From contig JASTWF010000033.1 of assembly GCA_030390025.1 (NCBI GenBank), forward strand, positions 6,512,001 through 6,576,000: DNA of 64,000 nucleotides. Direction: 5' to 3'. The position numbers and the translations under genes were made by a program. Below are positions 36,630 through 47,955 of this stretch, in pieces (the first letter of the stretch is position 1; every line of letters begins with the position of its first letter). The notes under the pieces are model-generated. The model was not told the origin of the DNA, did not search any database, and saw only the letters and a program-made list of their open reading frames with translations. Origin of the DNA: Squalus acanthias. Its lineage: Eukaryota.

Positions 36630-38164
36630 CTTGAGTGAAAAAAACGTTTTTGTTAATCTCAATGGCGGATAAGCAAGGGCAAAATGTGCAAGCAAAATAA
36701 GCAAAGGGATGGACAGAAGGTCGATTAGGAAATAACGCATGGTATAAGGCGATATGACTGTTCGCCTATGAAAGGCAATCAGTTCAAAATAAAAAAGTGG
36801 TGGAAGAATAAACCAGAGAGATTGAATAACTGAAACGAAATGCGAGCGACAGGGAACCAGTGGTGAACCACTTGCTGAAAGACTTAGATGAACGGAGTGC
36901 TCATGGGGAAAATACTGAATGTAAAAATAATACAGAGCAGCAGAATGAGGTGGGAGATAAAGAGGGAAACACATTTAATTTGCAATCTGAAAACTCGGCA
37001 AAGGAAGAAGAAAACATTGTTTTGGGAAGCCATGAATAGCTGCTGATATGACAATTTTGTAGAGAAAGGAAAAAAGGAAAATTACTGTTTTACCACACAA
37101 AGCTATCAGCGTTTGTGCCGAGACAAATGTAGCACAAGGTTTGCTGAGTGAAAGGAACCTTAAAGGATGCTGGAATTTCAGTTTGTGTGAAAGTTTGTGT
37201 TAAAGTGTGGAAGTTTTAAGCTGCAGTATTCCTTTTGTCTGAAAGTCTGTTTTTGAAACAAAGTGTCTATTGCATTTGTTTTAGCTCCAACCACTTTTCT
37301 GTGCCTGGAGCTGAAGCCGTTTAACCCTTTGTTGCATGTAGGATGGTGAAAAGAGGACAGGAGAAAAGGAAAGGTTCTGCTCCTTTTCGTATTCCATTGT
37401 AGTGATGTTTGAAAAAACGTGTATGAATGTTTTGAAGTTACAAGCTGAGGAAAGCTTCTCCCTCTTTTCAAGTGGTAATGGTTAGTTTAAGTTATTGGTT
37501 TGAATTGAATTGCAGTTATTGAGGTTAATTAACGTGTTTAAATGCAAACCTTTATTTTGGCCTCCGTGAAATTCTGGTTGGTGTAAATTGTGTGAAAGCC
37601 TCTAGTTCCGGACATGAGGCAATCACATCAACAATTGGTATTTTCGAAATTTATGATAAATTTCTCGTATGTCTGCTCAGGAAAATAAAAGTAAATACTA
37701 TTGTGTCTGGAGTTTATCACAGAATGTTTATGAAGTCTGATGTTTTTACCTGCTGAAGTGAATCTTAACAGATTTTAAAGGCAAAAGATTTTGCAAAAGT
37801 AACAGTATTTTATTGACGAGTTATAAATGGTATGTGGCTTTGTTTTCTTTTGAAAAGAAAAGTTAACTAACCAATTAAATTGAAGTGATGCAATTGCGTG
37901 TGTCTGACAATTTGCCTCGCCATCTTGCAAACCGCCAAATGCATTAACCATTTCTGCCGGCAGCTGGGCTTTTTTATTCACCACATAATAACTTTTTATT
38001 GATGAATGAATTTTAGAGATATTGGGTATTATTAAATTTAAGTTTGTTTAATTTGAGTGGATCTATGCCCACATTGACAGAAGGGAATCAGGAATTGACG
38101 AATTAACCCATTCGGCTTGTAGGAATGCCCCAATGGATTGTCTGTTTTTTTTTCTTTTAATGCT

Positions 38165-38865
38165 GCAAGATTCCTAGGTTGGAAGAAGTCTTCCCGTGCA
38201 AGTCGACCACAGCCTCCTGGACGGCCAGGACCCTATTTAACGTAATATGCTCCAGCTGGGGACTTCCTCGTGTGGTAAGCCACTCTGAAATTGTTAGGAA
38301 TTGAAAGGAAATTGCATGTGACCCACAACCCAAAATCATCGGGGTTTGTGAAAAGAATGAACTTTACGTTGAAGTCGGCCTTACGAAAGGAATTAAACAA
38401 TCAGCAAACTAAGTGGGATGAGGTATTTCGCCTAATCCTTATGGGGATACATAGTAACAAATTCGAAGGAACGGGTCACTCTCCTCATGAACTGGTAATG
38501 GGGAGACCCATGTGAAACCCCTCAGAACTGTTGCTCCCCACTCTGGCTGATAAGCAAATTAAGGAGGCGCCTCTGGACAAATCTCTGAGCAACCTGCGGG
38601 GAACTTTAAAGTAATTGAATAAGAGGACCGTCCACAAAATTGGGAAGGCACAGCAACACGACCGCTTACACTTGGCTATGAGTAAACCCCAGGAGTGGGA
38701 AGTAGGGAACCAGGTAATAGTACGGAACTATGTGAGAGTGGGAGTTTTTGAACCATTGTACAAGTGACATTATAACATTACTGATAAAGATTGTCCCCTG
38801 GTATACGCTGCTGAGTTACCTAAGAGGATCAAATGGTTCCATATTAATCAGATGAAGCACCACCG
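38165..38865 (+). pseudogene. pol: Integrase C-terminal half
   Basis: WGLPRVV, HNPKSSGFVKRMNFTLK, TGHSPHELVMGR, KWFHINQMK. Confidence 0.88.
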
Positions 38866-39423
38866 AAGAAGGGAATTGGGATGGAAAAAGGAGAATAGAA
38901 ATGTTCTGATCCTCACAACCCTGAGTGAAGGGTTGGACGTGAGTGTGATGTGGTGGGATGATGATCCAGGGATGCCAAGGCAACCGGGTCCTGCTCTCGG
39001 AGCAGCAGGAACACAGCAACCTGCAGCAGTGTCCACGATTGTGCAGGGTCAGGGAGCACAATCCTGTGCAGGGTCAGGGACCACAATCCTTTGCAGGGTC
39101 AGGGACCACAATCCACTCTAAGACGAAGTAGTTACCAGTTGAAAATCAACCCAACATGGATCCAACTGGGAACAACATTTGCACCCTCAGGAGGAGCAGG
39201 GAGAAAACCGAAAAGGAAATGATGTTGAATAAGCTTATGTGAATATTACCTGTGTTACGTGTTACAAAAGCTCCAGGATGGGGAAACTCCTGTACGCATT
39301 GAGCGCTTTGATGCTCGTGGTGGAAGGGATTGAACTATATCAGGAATCGCAGCAGCTCGGAAACTGAACCAATGGAACCACAAACTCACTGGATACCGAG
39401 TTTTCTGTTGTAAATGAGATGAA

Positions 39424-40690
39424 TACATAGATACATAGAAGATAGGAGCAGGAGTAGGCCATCCGGCCCTTCGAGCCTGCTCCGCCATTTAATGAGATCA
39501 TGGCTGATCCTCCAATTCAGTATCCCGTCCCCGCCTTCTCTCCGTAACCCTTAACCCCTTTTGCCTGTAGAAATATATCTAATTCCCTCTTAAATATATT
39601 TAATGAGCTGGCGTACACTGCCCTCTGTGGCAATGAGTTCCACAGGTTCACCACCCTCTGAGTGAAGAAATTCCCCCTCATTTCTGTCCTAAATGGTTTA
39701 GCCCTTATCCTTAAATTATGTCCTCTAGTTCTGTTCTCACCCGCCAAGGAAAACATTCCTTCTGCATCTCGTCTGTCTAGACCCGTCAGAATTTTATACA
39801 CTTCTATGAGGTCCCCTCTCAATCTTCTGAACTCCAGTGTGTACATCCCTAAACTACATAGTCTCTCCTCATAGGTCAATCCCGCCATTCCTGGTATCAG
39901 CCTGGTGAATCGCCGCTGCACCCCCTCCATGGCAAGAACATCTTTCCTCAGATGAGGCGACCAAAACTGTACACAGTACTCGAGGTGTGGTCTCACCAGT
40001 GCGCTGTACAGCTGCAGCAAGGTATCCCTGTTCCTGTATTCCAACCCTTTTGCTATGAAGGCCAGCATACCGTTTGCCTTCTTGATCGCCTGTTGCACCT
40101 GCATGCTCGCCTTCAGTGACTGGTGTACAAGAACACCCAGGTCTCTCTGTACTTCCCCCTCTCCCAATTTATTGCCATTTAAATAATAATTTGCCCTCCC
40201 GTTCCTGCACCCAAGGTGGATAACTTCGCACTTGTCCACATTATAGTGCATCTGCCATTTATCCGCCCAATCACCCAGTCTGTCCAAATCGCTCTGGAGC
40301 TTCCTGGTCTCCTCCTCTGAGCCCACCCCCCCCTCCTAGTTTAGTGTCGTCTGCAAATTTGGAAATGCTGCATCCGACTCCCTGATCCGGGTCATTAATG
40401 TAAATTGTGAACAGCTGGGGACCCAGGACAGATCCCTGTGGTACCCCACTTGTTACTGCCTGCCATTCAGAAAATGAGCCGTTTATTCCAACTCTCTGTT
40501 TTCTATCTGACAGCCAGTTCTCTATCCACGTCAATACTTTCCCCTTTATCCCATGAGCTTCAATTTTCCCTGCTAATCTTTTATGTGGGACCTTATCGAA
40601 GGCCTTTTGGAAGTCCAGGTACACCACATCTACTGGCTCTCCCCCATCTATTTTACCAGTTACTCCCTCAAAAAATTCCAATAGAATGGA
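39424..40690 (-). mobile_element. Young CR1 3' fragment inserted in element B
   Basis: [32 protein letters not shown]; long open frames. Confidence 0.95.
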
Positions 40691-40978
40691 ACAATGAAAA
40701 ATCAAACTATAACATGTTATAATTGTACAGTGAGGTTAACGGAGCAGAGGGTTCATGAGGGGCAAATGATTTGTTTCAAATGCTCAAATGAGATCACTCC
40801 AAATGGGAGGATCCTGGAACTCGGTTTGCACCGGGTGAGACCACACATGACCTGAGATTGAGGTAGGCAGGCGGAATTGTGGCTACCACGTTAATTGATA
40901 GGACAAGTTACTGTTGGACAAATTTCTGTTCAGGTAATCACACAGGATTATATATGTGTGTAAACAGAAATTTCTCCC

Positions 40979-42763
40979 ATGATGATTCACAAATTGAAAA
41001 TCGTAATGATAATATTCAATGCCCTGATTAGTCAAAAGAAGCCATTCAATTAAAGGCGAAAGAGAAACTAATGCCACCCGATGAAGGGAGTGAAAAGTGC
41101 CACACCCCATCCCCTGCTTCAATTAACGGATTGGTATTAGTTCAGAGTGAGTTAACAATGTTAAATGATGTTGTATTAGATGCGAGGGAGGTTATTATCA
41201 ACGTGCCTAGTCTTGCCTTGCCTACATGGTGCAATGAACCCACTAGGAACTAGCTAAGAGATAGAAAAGCGCAGTTAATGAAAGCAGGAGAGGAACCTCA
41301 AGCCACGAAATCCTGGTACAGAGGAGAAAGCGCAGTGTGGTCAATAATATAGCAACAATGTGGAATACCGCATCAGGATGGGTAAATACAGGGGATATTA
41401 TGAGCCTGAACCATCAAATGGGAAAACTAAGAGAAAAGTACAGAAGGCATTAAGAAACCAGAATAGCATAGTTTAAGTACAATTAGAAGCAGAATTGACG
41501 TTGACAATTCACATGCAAGGGTTGGTCAAATTGCTGGAAAAGCAGGCCATAAACAACATGACAAGGGAGGATAGAAACGCCTCTGATCAGGCAGCACAAA
41601 ATGATGCATGCGCGATGATGAGTTCTTGGATTCTACAAGACAAAGGGAGGAATTTGAATAGAATAGCTGAGGGTAGGGTTCCAATTTGGATGGAAGATGA
41701 ACACCTTAAGGCAGCGGAATGGTATCAAACAAACTTGACAGTGTGTCAGTTGCGAAGTCTTACTGTGGTATGTGTCGCCCTACATGAAGGTAATCAGACT
41801 AGCGATGATAACTTGATAGGAATCATACTGAGAATACCCGTAATGTCCAAACCTTCGGCACCACTGCGGGTGTATAAGGTAGCCAATATGGGTTTCCTGA
41901 AAGATAGTGTTTTATATAAATAGCCCGGATATGTTGTTAAATATAACCAATCTCTCTATGAGTTAAAATTACATCGATTTAAGACCCAAGGAAGAACCAC
42001 CATGTGTATGTATAATGTTTTGAATGATGAAGAGCCGTTATGCGGATTGAACTTGACAAGCATGTCCCAGTATCAGTTTCAGGTCACTGCCGTAAGTTCG
42101 AAACAATATAACATCGTTGTTTATAAGGAACAGGGTATCTATTCTTGGACCACCACAGTAACAAAGTATAAATATGGGCACAAGAATGCTACAATATGCC
42201 TGGTATCTAACAGTACTATCTGTATTAAGGCTAAAAGGATGGTAAAAATCGGAAACAGGACTATTCTGCCTTTAATGGATCAGAATCCAATACATGTCAA
42301 TGCATCAAGCGGGGTAGATGATTTGGGGAAATAAGTGTCCATTTTTGGATATTGGTTACCTTGGAGAAATGAAAATCTCACTGAGTTTGTCAAACTGATT
42401 GGAGAAGTCGGAAGGACATTCTCAATATTAAAAGGGAGGAATTTTGCTCATGCCAGAATAAAAACCTCGTTAATGAACGAGGCGACTTCTTGGTGGGATT
42501 TGGGATTTAATCGAATGGACTTAGGTCCATGGGTAAGACTGTGCTCACAAGCTCTGCTATGGTTACCGTTAATGTGTGTGATCGCCAATATGTGGGAATG
42601 GGGAAGGCGGACAAGACTTAAACAAAAAAGAACAAGGGAAGACAATTTAGGCATACCAGGGAACTGTTACGGAATCCTCTTTAATAATGTGAAATGTGGG
42701 TATAGATATTGTATTATAGGGGATAAAATGGACTATGTCCGATTGGAATACATACTGCTCTAA
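40979..42763 (+). pseudogene. env: Near full-length env-like fusion glycoprotein with stops and frameshifts
   Basis: RRKR (41322-41333) then SVVNNIATMWNTASGWVNTGDIMSL; Cys-containing ectodomain; SWWD...PWVR then a hydrophobic TM-like segment. Confidence 0.82.
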
Positions 42764-42816
42764 CTCTGGTGAAATGTCTGCACATGAATAAACATGAGAG
42801 ACATTTAAGGGAGGAA

Positions 42817-43597
42817 AGTAAGTTTTTAAAATTTGCAATGAAACCGCTGCTACCGTGTGGAGGACGAAGTTCAGAATGAATTGTGAAATAGTTACAGACG
42901 GATTCAAAATGAAGGACATCAGCATGTGTTCTTTGTTTGTGAAGACACAAAATGGTGGAAGTCAGCAGGGGGTCCTTTGCCTGGTGGTCAGCACATGGTC
43001 CTTTGTTTCAGAGGCCGCATGAACAGGAAGGAGGTACATGACTAACAAGGAAGACCCGCCCCCAGACACCTCACAGGAACATGAACGTGTAATGCGGAGG
43101 GAACTCCAATCAGGAAGGTTTGGAGTGAAACTAATCTATCAGAGGTAGGCAGACAGTGATATAGGAGAGGGGCTAGCAGAAAGGCTTTATAAAAGAATAA
43201 CCCATAGGCGGGAAATAAAAACACATAAAACAGATCAAAAGAACAGATGAACAGAGAAGGCAGTCCAGTCTATGTTTTGATTTACGACTTTCCCTGGACC
43301 GATCACCCAGAGATAAAGGAGTATGTATGAATGTCGGACATAGAGCTTAGATATTGTTAAAAGGGATACTTTTATATTTGGTTGACATGGAATAGAAATC
43401 GCTCAAAGGTAGCGTGTAAATTGCTGGGAAATACTTTAATGTGAGGGTAAAATGGGTGCATATTGATTGCAACGTACACTTGAGTTTTAAACTGTAGTGT
43501 GAATAAAGACCAATTTTATTGATCACAAACTTGTCTGTCATTGGTACGCTTCGTCGTAATTCATGAAGTCCGAAACGTAGTAAGAGAAAGGTTCACA
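42817..43597 (+). repeat. 3' LTR of element B
   Basis: AAACCGCTGCTAC, GATTCAAAATG and ACTGTAG..TGAATAAAGACCA shared with the 5' LTR; follows the PPT. Confidence 0.8.
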
Positions 43598-44080
43598 CGT
43601 GTCAATCGCAGATAAAGCCATCTCTGACCACTTCCTCGTATCGCTCTTCACCCACATCCCCATTCTAACCCCCCAACCCCACCTAACTACTCTGTGTCCG
43701 CCCCTAGAAAAAAATCTCTCCATCTCTCGTACAACTTCACTCATAAACTCCCAGCTGTCCAGCGTTTGGCACTCCATTCAACATGACATTTCTGCAGCTA
43801 CATATCTGCTCAACCACACCATCACCTCCAACTATTCCCTATTTAAACAATTACTCCCTCTCACCTTCGCCATTCCCGCTGGTACTGCAATCATCTTCGC
43901 TCCCTTAAGTCCAAGTGACGCAGACTTGAACGGATATGGCGGACAATTGGTTGAGCCATTCAATGCCAGATCTGACTGGAGAACATAAAGTACTATCGGG
44001 TACTGCTCGCGTCTGCCAATATTGCTCAATATTGAAGAATAATTCTGGAATGCAAAGATAAATCCGGCTTCTATTCTTCA
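43598..44080 (+). mobile_element. L2/CR1-like LINE fragment (end of APE domain)
   Basis: ISDHFLV endonuclease motif followed by a degenerate linker. Confidence 0.65.
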
Positions 44081-44084
44081 CTTT

Positions 44085-45917
44085 TAACCCATTAGCTTAC
44101 CTGTTGTAATCGAGTAGAGTCCATAAGAACAAAAGAACATCAGAAATAGGAGCAGGAGTAGGCCAATCGGCCCTTCGAGCCTGCTCCGCCATTCAATGAG
44201 ATCATAGCTGATCTTCTGCCTCAACTTCATTCACCGGCCCTATCTTCATCTCCCTTGATACACTTACTAGTCAGAAATCTATCGACTTCTGTTTTGAATA
44301 TACACAATGACTGAGCCTCCACATCCCTCTGGGGTAGAGAATTCCAAAGATTCACCACCCTCTGTGTGAAGAAATGTCTTCTCAACTCAGTCCTGAATGG
44401 CCTACCCTTTAATCTGAGGCTCTGGCCCCTGGTTCTAGATTCCCCACCAAGGGAACCATTTTCCCAGCTTCCAACCTATCAAGCCCTGTAATAATTTTGG
44501 ATGCTTCAATGAAATCCCCTCTCATTCTTCTGAATTCAAGAGAATACAGGCCTAGTTCAATCAATCTCTTCTCATACGACATTTCCACCATCCCAGGAAT
44601 CAATCTCGTGAACCTTCGTTGCAATCCCTCTATGGCAAGTATATCCCTCCTTAGGTAAAGAGAACAAAATTGTACGCAGTACTACAGGTGTGGTCTCACC
44701 AAGGCCCTATATAATTGAAGTAAGACTTCTTTACTCCTGTACTCAATCCCCTTGTAATGAAGGCCAGCATACCATTTGCCTTCCTACTGGCTAGCTGTAC
44801 CTGCACATTCATTTCAGTGATTCATGTACAAGGACACCCAGGTCCCTTTTAGCATCTGCATTCCCCAATGCTTCACCATTTAGGAAATACTCTGCCTTTC
44901 AGTTTTTTTTAACAAAGTGGATAACTTCACATTTTCCACATTATATTCCATCTGCCATGTTGTCGCCCACTCACTGAGCCTGTCGATATCCCCTTGCACT
45001 CTTTTCACATCCTCTTGACAACTGACACTGACACCTAGCTTTGTGTCATCAGCAAATTTTGAAATGTTACATTTAGTCCACTCATCCAAATCATTGATAT
45101 TGATTGTGAATAACTGGGGCCCAAGCACTGATCCTTGCACTAGTCACAGCCTGCCATCCTTAAAAAGACCCGTTTATCCCTACGCTTGGTCTTCTCGCTG
45201 TTAACCCATTCTCAATCCATGCTAGTATACTGCCCCCAATACCATGTGCCCTTATTATGTTCACCAACCTCTTGTGTGGGATCTTATCAAAGGCCTTCTG
45301 AAAATCCAGATACATATATCTATCGGTTGCCCTTTGTCTACTCAACTAGTTATAACCTCAAATAACTCCAACAGGTTTGTCAAACAGGATTTCCGTTTCA
45401 TAAATCCTTGTTGACTCTGCCCAATCTTACTATTAGTTTCGAAGTGCCAGTTATTGCATTCTTTATAATATATTCCAGCATTTTCCGAACTACTGATGTG
45501 AGGCTAACAGATCTGTAGTTCCCCGTTTTCTCTCTCCCTCCATTCTAAAATAGCAGGGTTACATTTACTATCCTCCAATCTTCAGGAGCCGTTCTATAAT
45601 CAATATCATTTTGGAAGATGACAACCAATGTGTCCACTATCCCAATGGCCACCTCTTTCAAATACCTAGGATGTAGATCTTCCGGTCCTTGGAATGTATC
45701 GAATTTTAGTCCCATTAATTTTGCTCGTACTGTTTTTTTACTAATAGTAATTTATTTAAGTTCAGCATTCTCGCCACACCCTTGGTTTTCTCCAGGATGC
45801 CAGTAGGCTATTGTTTTGATGTGCATGAGTGTGTGTGTTTAATAAACTTATTCCAAATTGTTTCAAAAGAATTGGTCTTGCTGTCAATTCAACGCCAGTC
45901 GAAATAAAATGCTTACT
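44085..45917 (+). repeat. Truncated 5' LTR of element C, split by a CR1
   Basis: 44085-44127 and 45803-45917 match adjacent parts of the 3' LTR (~52350-52391 and 52397-52511). Confidence 0.85.
44123..45800 (-). mobile_element. CR1 3' fragment
   Basis: [28 protein letters not shown]. Confidence 0.93.
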
Positions 45918-45921
45918 TAAC

Positions 45922-45939
45922 TGAGGGCTCGTCTGGGAT
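45922..45939 (+). promoter_or_regulatory. Primer-binding site, tRNA-Pro
   Basis: TGAGGGCTCGTCTGGGAT vs canonical TGGGGGCTCGTCCGGGAT (2 mismatches), 4 nt after the LTR. Confidence 0.85.
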
Positions 45940-46109
45940 CTGGTGAGACAGCTTTACATAATTCTTTTAAACAATTGGAAATTTCGGGAGTTGCGATTCT
46001 TACCTGTGGTGCGAAGTTTAAAAGTAAATTGAAAAGTCACAGGAGGAAGGGATTGGGAGCAGAAAAAAAGCCAGCAAAAGATGTAGCTTTAGCCTAACAT
46101 GAGAAAATA

Positions 46110-47955
46110 TATGGAAAGGTGACCATAAGCGACTTATAAGAGTTACGGGCACGATGCATCTGTAAGGGCCAACATGCGTCCTTTGGGGAGCTCGTGGCAT
46201 TTATCCAGGAGAGGTTAGATGAGGGAAAGGTAAGGCCCAAACAGGCAAACGGTCTCTTGGCATTCGGAACACATTACTGTGCTCGGTGAGATGAGGAATT
46301 AATGAGGCAAGATGCAAAAGAGATTCGAGATTTAAAGGGAGAGATACAAGATTTAAAAGAGCTAAAAGTCAAAGAGATTAAACTAAAAGAAAAAGTGATT
46401 CAAAGTATGAAAGAACAGAAAGAAGAAGGCATCCAGCTTGTTAGGCAGTTAAAGGAGGGAGAACTCCATCATTTCAGACAAGAAATCGATCGATTAAGCC
46501 ATAGTATCAGGCAACTAGAAAGAGGAGCCGAGCAGGCAGCTTCATTGCTACAGCAGCAAAGCCTGTCAAATTTAAATGCAGGAGCAGCAGTCGCTGCAGC
46601 AAGTGAAACCAGATTATATTTCAAGAAATATAAATTGGAAAACCGGGGGCTCCAGCAGGAAGTAGAAGACGTTAGGGGGCATTAAGGAAGCAATTAAGAA
46701 ACCACATAGGGAGGCAGACCACTCCCGGTGCTACCTAGAAATAGCGCGACTAAAGAGTAAATTAGGGCAGCAACAGCCTCTAGTATCCGCAGTAACACGG
46801 GGAGCCATAACAGAGACAACAGAAGGGGATGAGGGGCAGACAGATTGGGAAGAGGAAGGCAATCAGTATAATTCCCAGGAGGGTGGTGAAGGATCGGTTA
46901 CCTTGGAGACGCAATGACCAAATGTAGCAGTAGTGACCACCTCCTTACAGCGTAATGTGCATGTTCACATCACTGGTAACCATACCGACTCACGGCCCTT
47001 ATCTGGTGCTGATGCCACGGAGTGGAGCCACGAGTTGGGGCCCATTAATGATGGGGACGACCCACTGGTAGTTAATAGGAGGTGGGCAGATTTCAGGAGG
47101 GTTCACCCTGAGTTAGAAGGGGGAGATTCCTCCTCTTGGCCAGTTCCACTTCTTTAAAGAATAATCTGCCAGATGCGATCCTCCAGCGTGGCACAGCGAC
47201 CGATGCAGTCGTGACCGAGATCCGAAACCATTTAGGGATCCAATCTTAAACTTAGTGGATATGCTTAGTCAGACCAAACAGCGCCCAGAAGAGACCCTAG
47301 AAGCTTCAGTAATCGCCTGTACGATATCTATGAACGTACCCAGAAACAGACACCCGCAAATTCTGCAGCAGGAAAGAATCAGGAACAATTCCAAACGATG
47401 TTCCTGACCAAATTCCACTCTTTAGTTCAAACCACCCTGGGCATAGCCGTGAGGCCCACCGATCAGTGGACAGATATAGAGACAAACTTTCAAAGAGCCT
47501 GGGAGATGGTAAAAGACCAGTTAAAGGTGAAGGCACCACCCACCGTAAAGAAACCAGTGTCAGCGGTGGAGGGATCTAGGTACTACCCCTTTAGGGGACA
47601 GTGCTTTAATTGTAAGAAGGAAGGTCACCGAACAAAACACTGCAGGAGACCCAGACAGGCACCGGACCACGATGCAACGCTTAGATACCTCCCGAGAGAC
47701 GAACCCAAATCCTCTGGGAAAGAACAACAATTGGCTCAGTTAGTTATCCATCTAAAAAAGGACGAATCCAAGCCCTCTGGGACGGATCAACGATTGCACC
47801 AATTGATAACCCTCATGAAAGCCCAAATTGTCACGAGGGAGATGCAAAATCATTTACCGGTGCACACAATCGCCAATGCACACCCACTGGGAATGGAAAA
47901 TCCTATTGTCAATGCACACCCATTGGAGGGACCCCTCCAAGGATCCACCCTATGA
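46110..47955 (+). pseudogene. gag: gag with long coiled coil and one CCHC knuckle
   Basis: E/K/Q-rich heptads 46302-46685; CFNCKKEGHRTKHC. Start is approximate. Confidence 0.85.

Larger units (their letters stand above)
34531..43597 (+). mobile_element. Defective ERV-like element B (LTR-leader-partial integrase-env-LTR; gag/pro/RT absent)
   Basis: LTRs, PBS, integrase, env and a polypurine tract AAGGGAGGAA at ~42807-42816. Confidence 0.85.

Noticed and set aside
39040..39115. Three ~25-bp repeats (GCAGGGTCAGGGACCACAATCC) after the integrase
   Set aside because: Real, but a short local slippage with no evidence of function.
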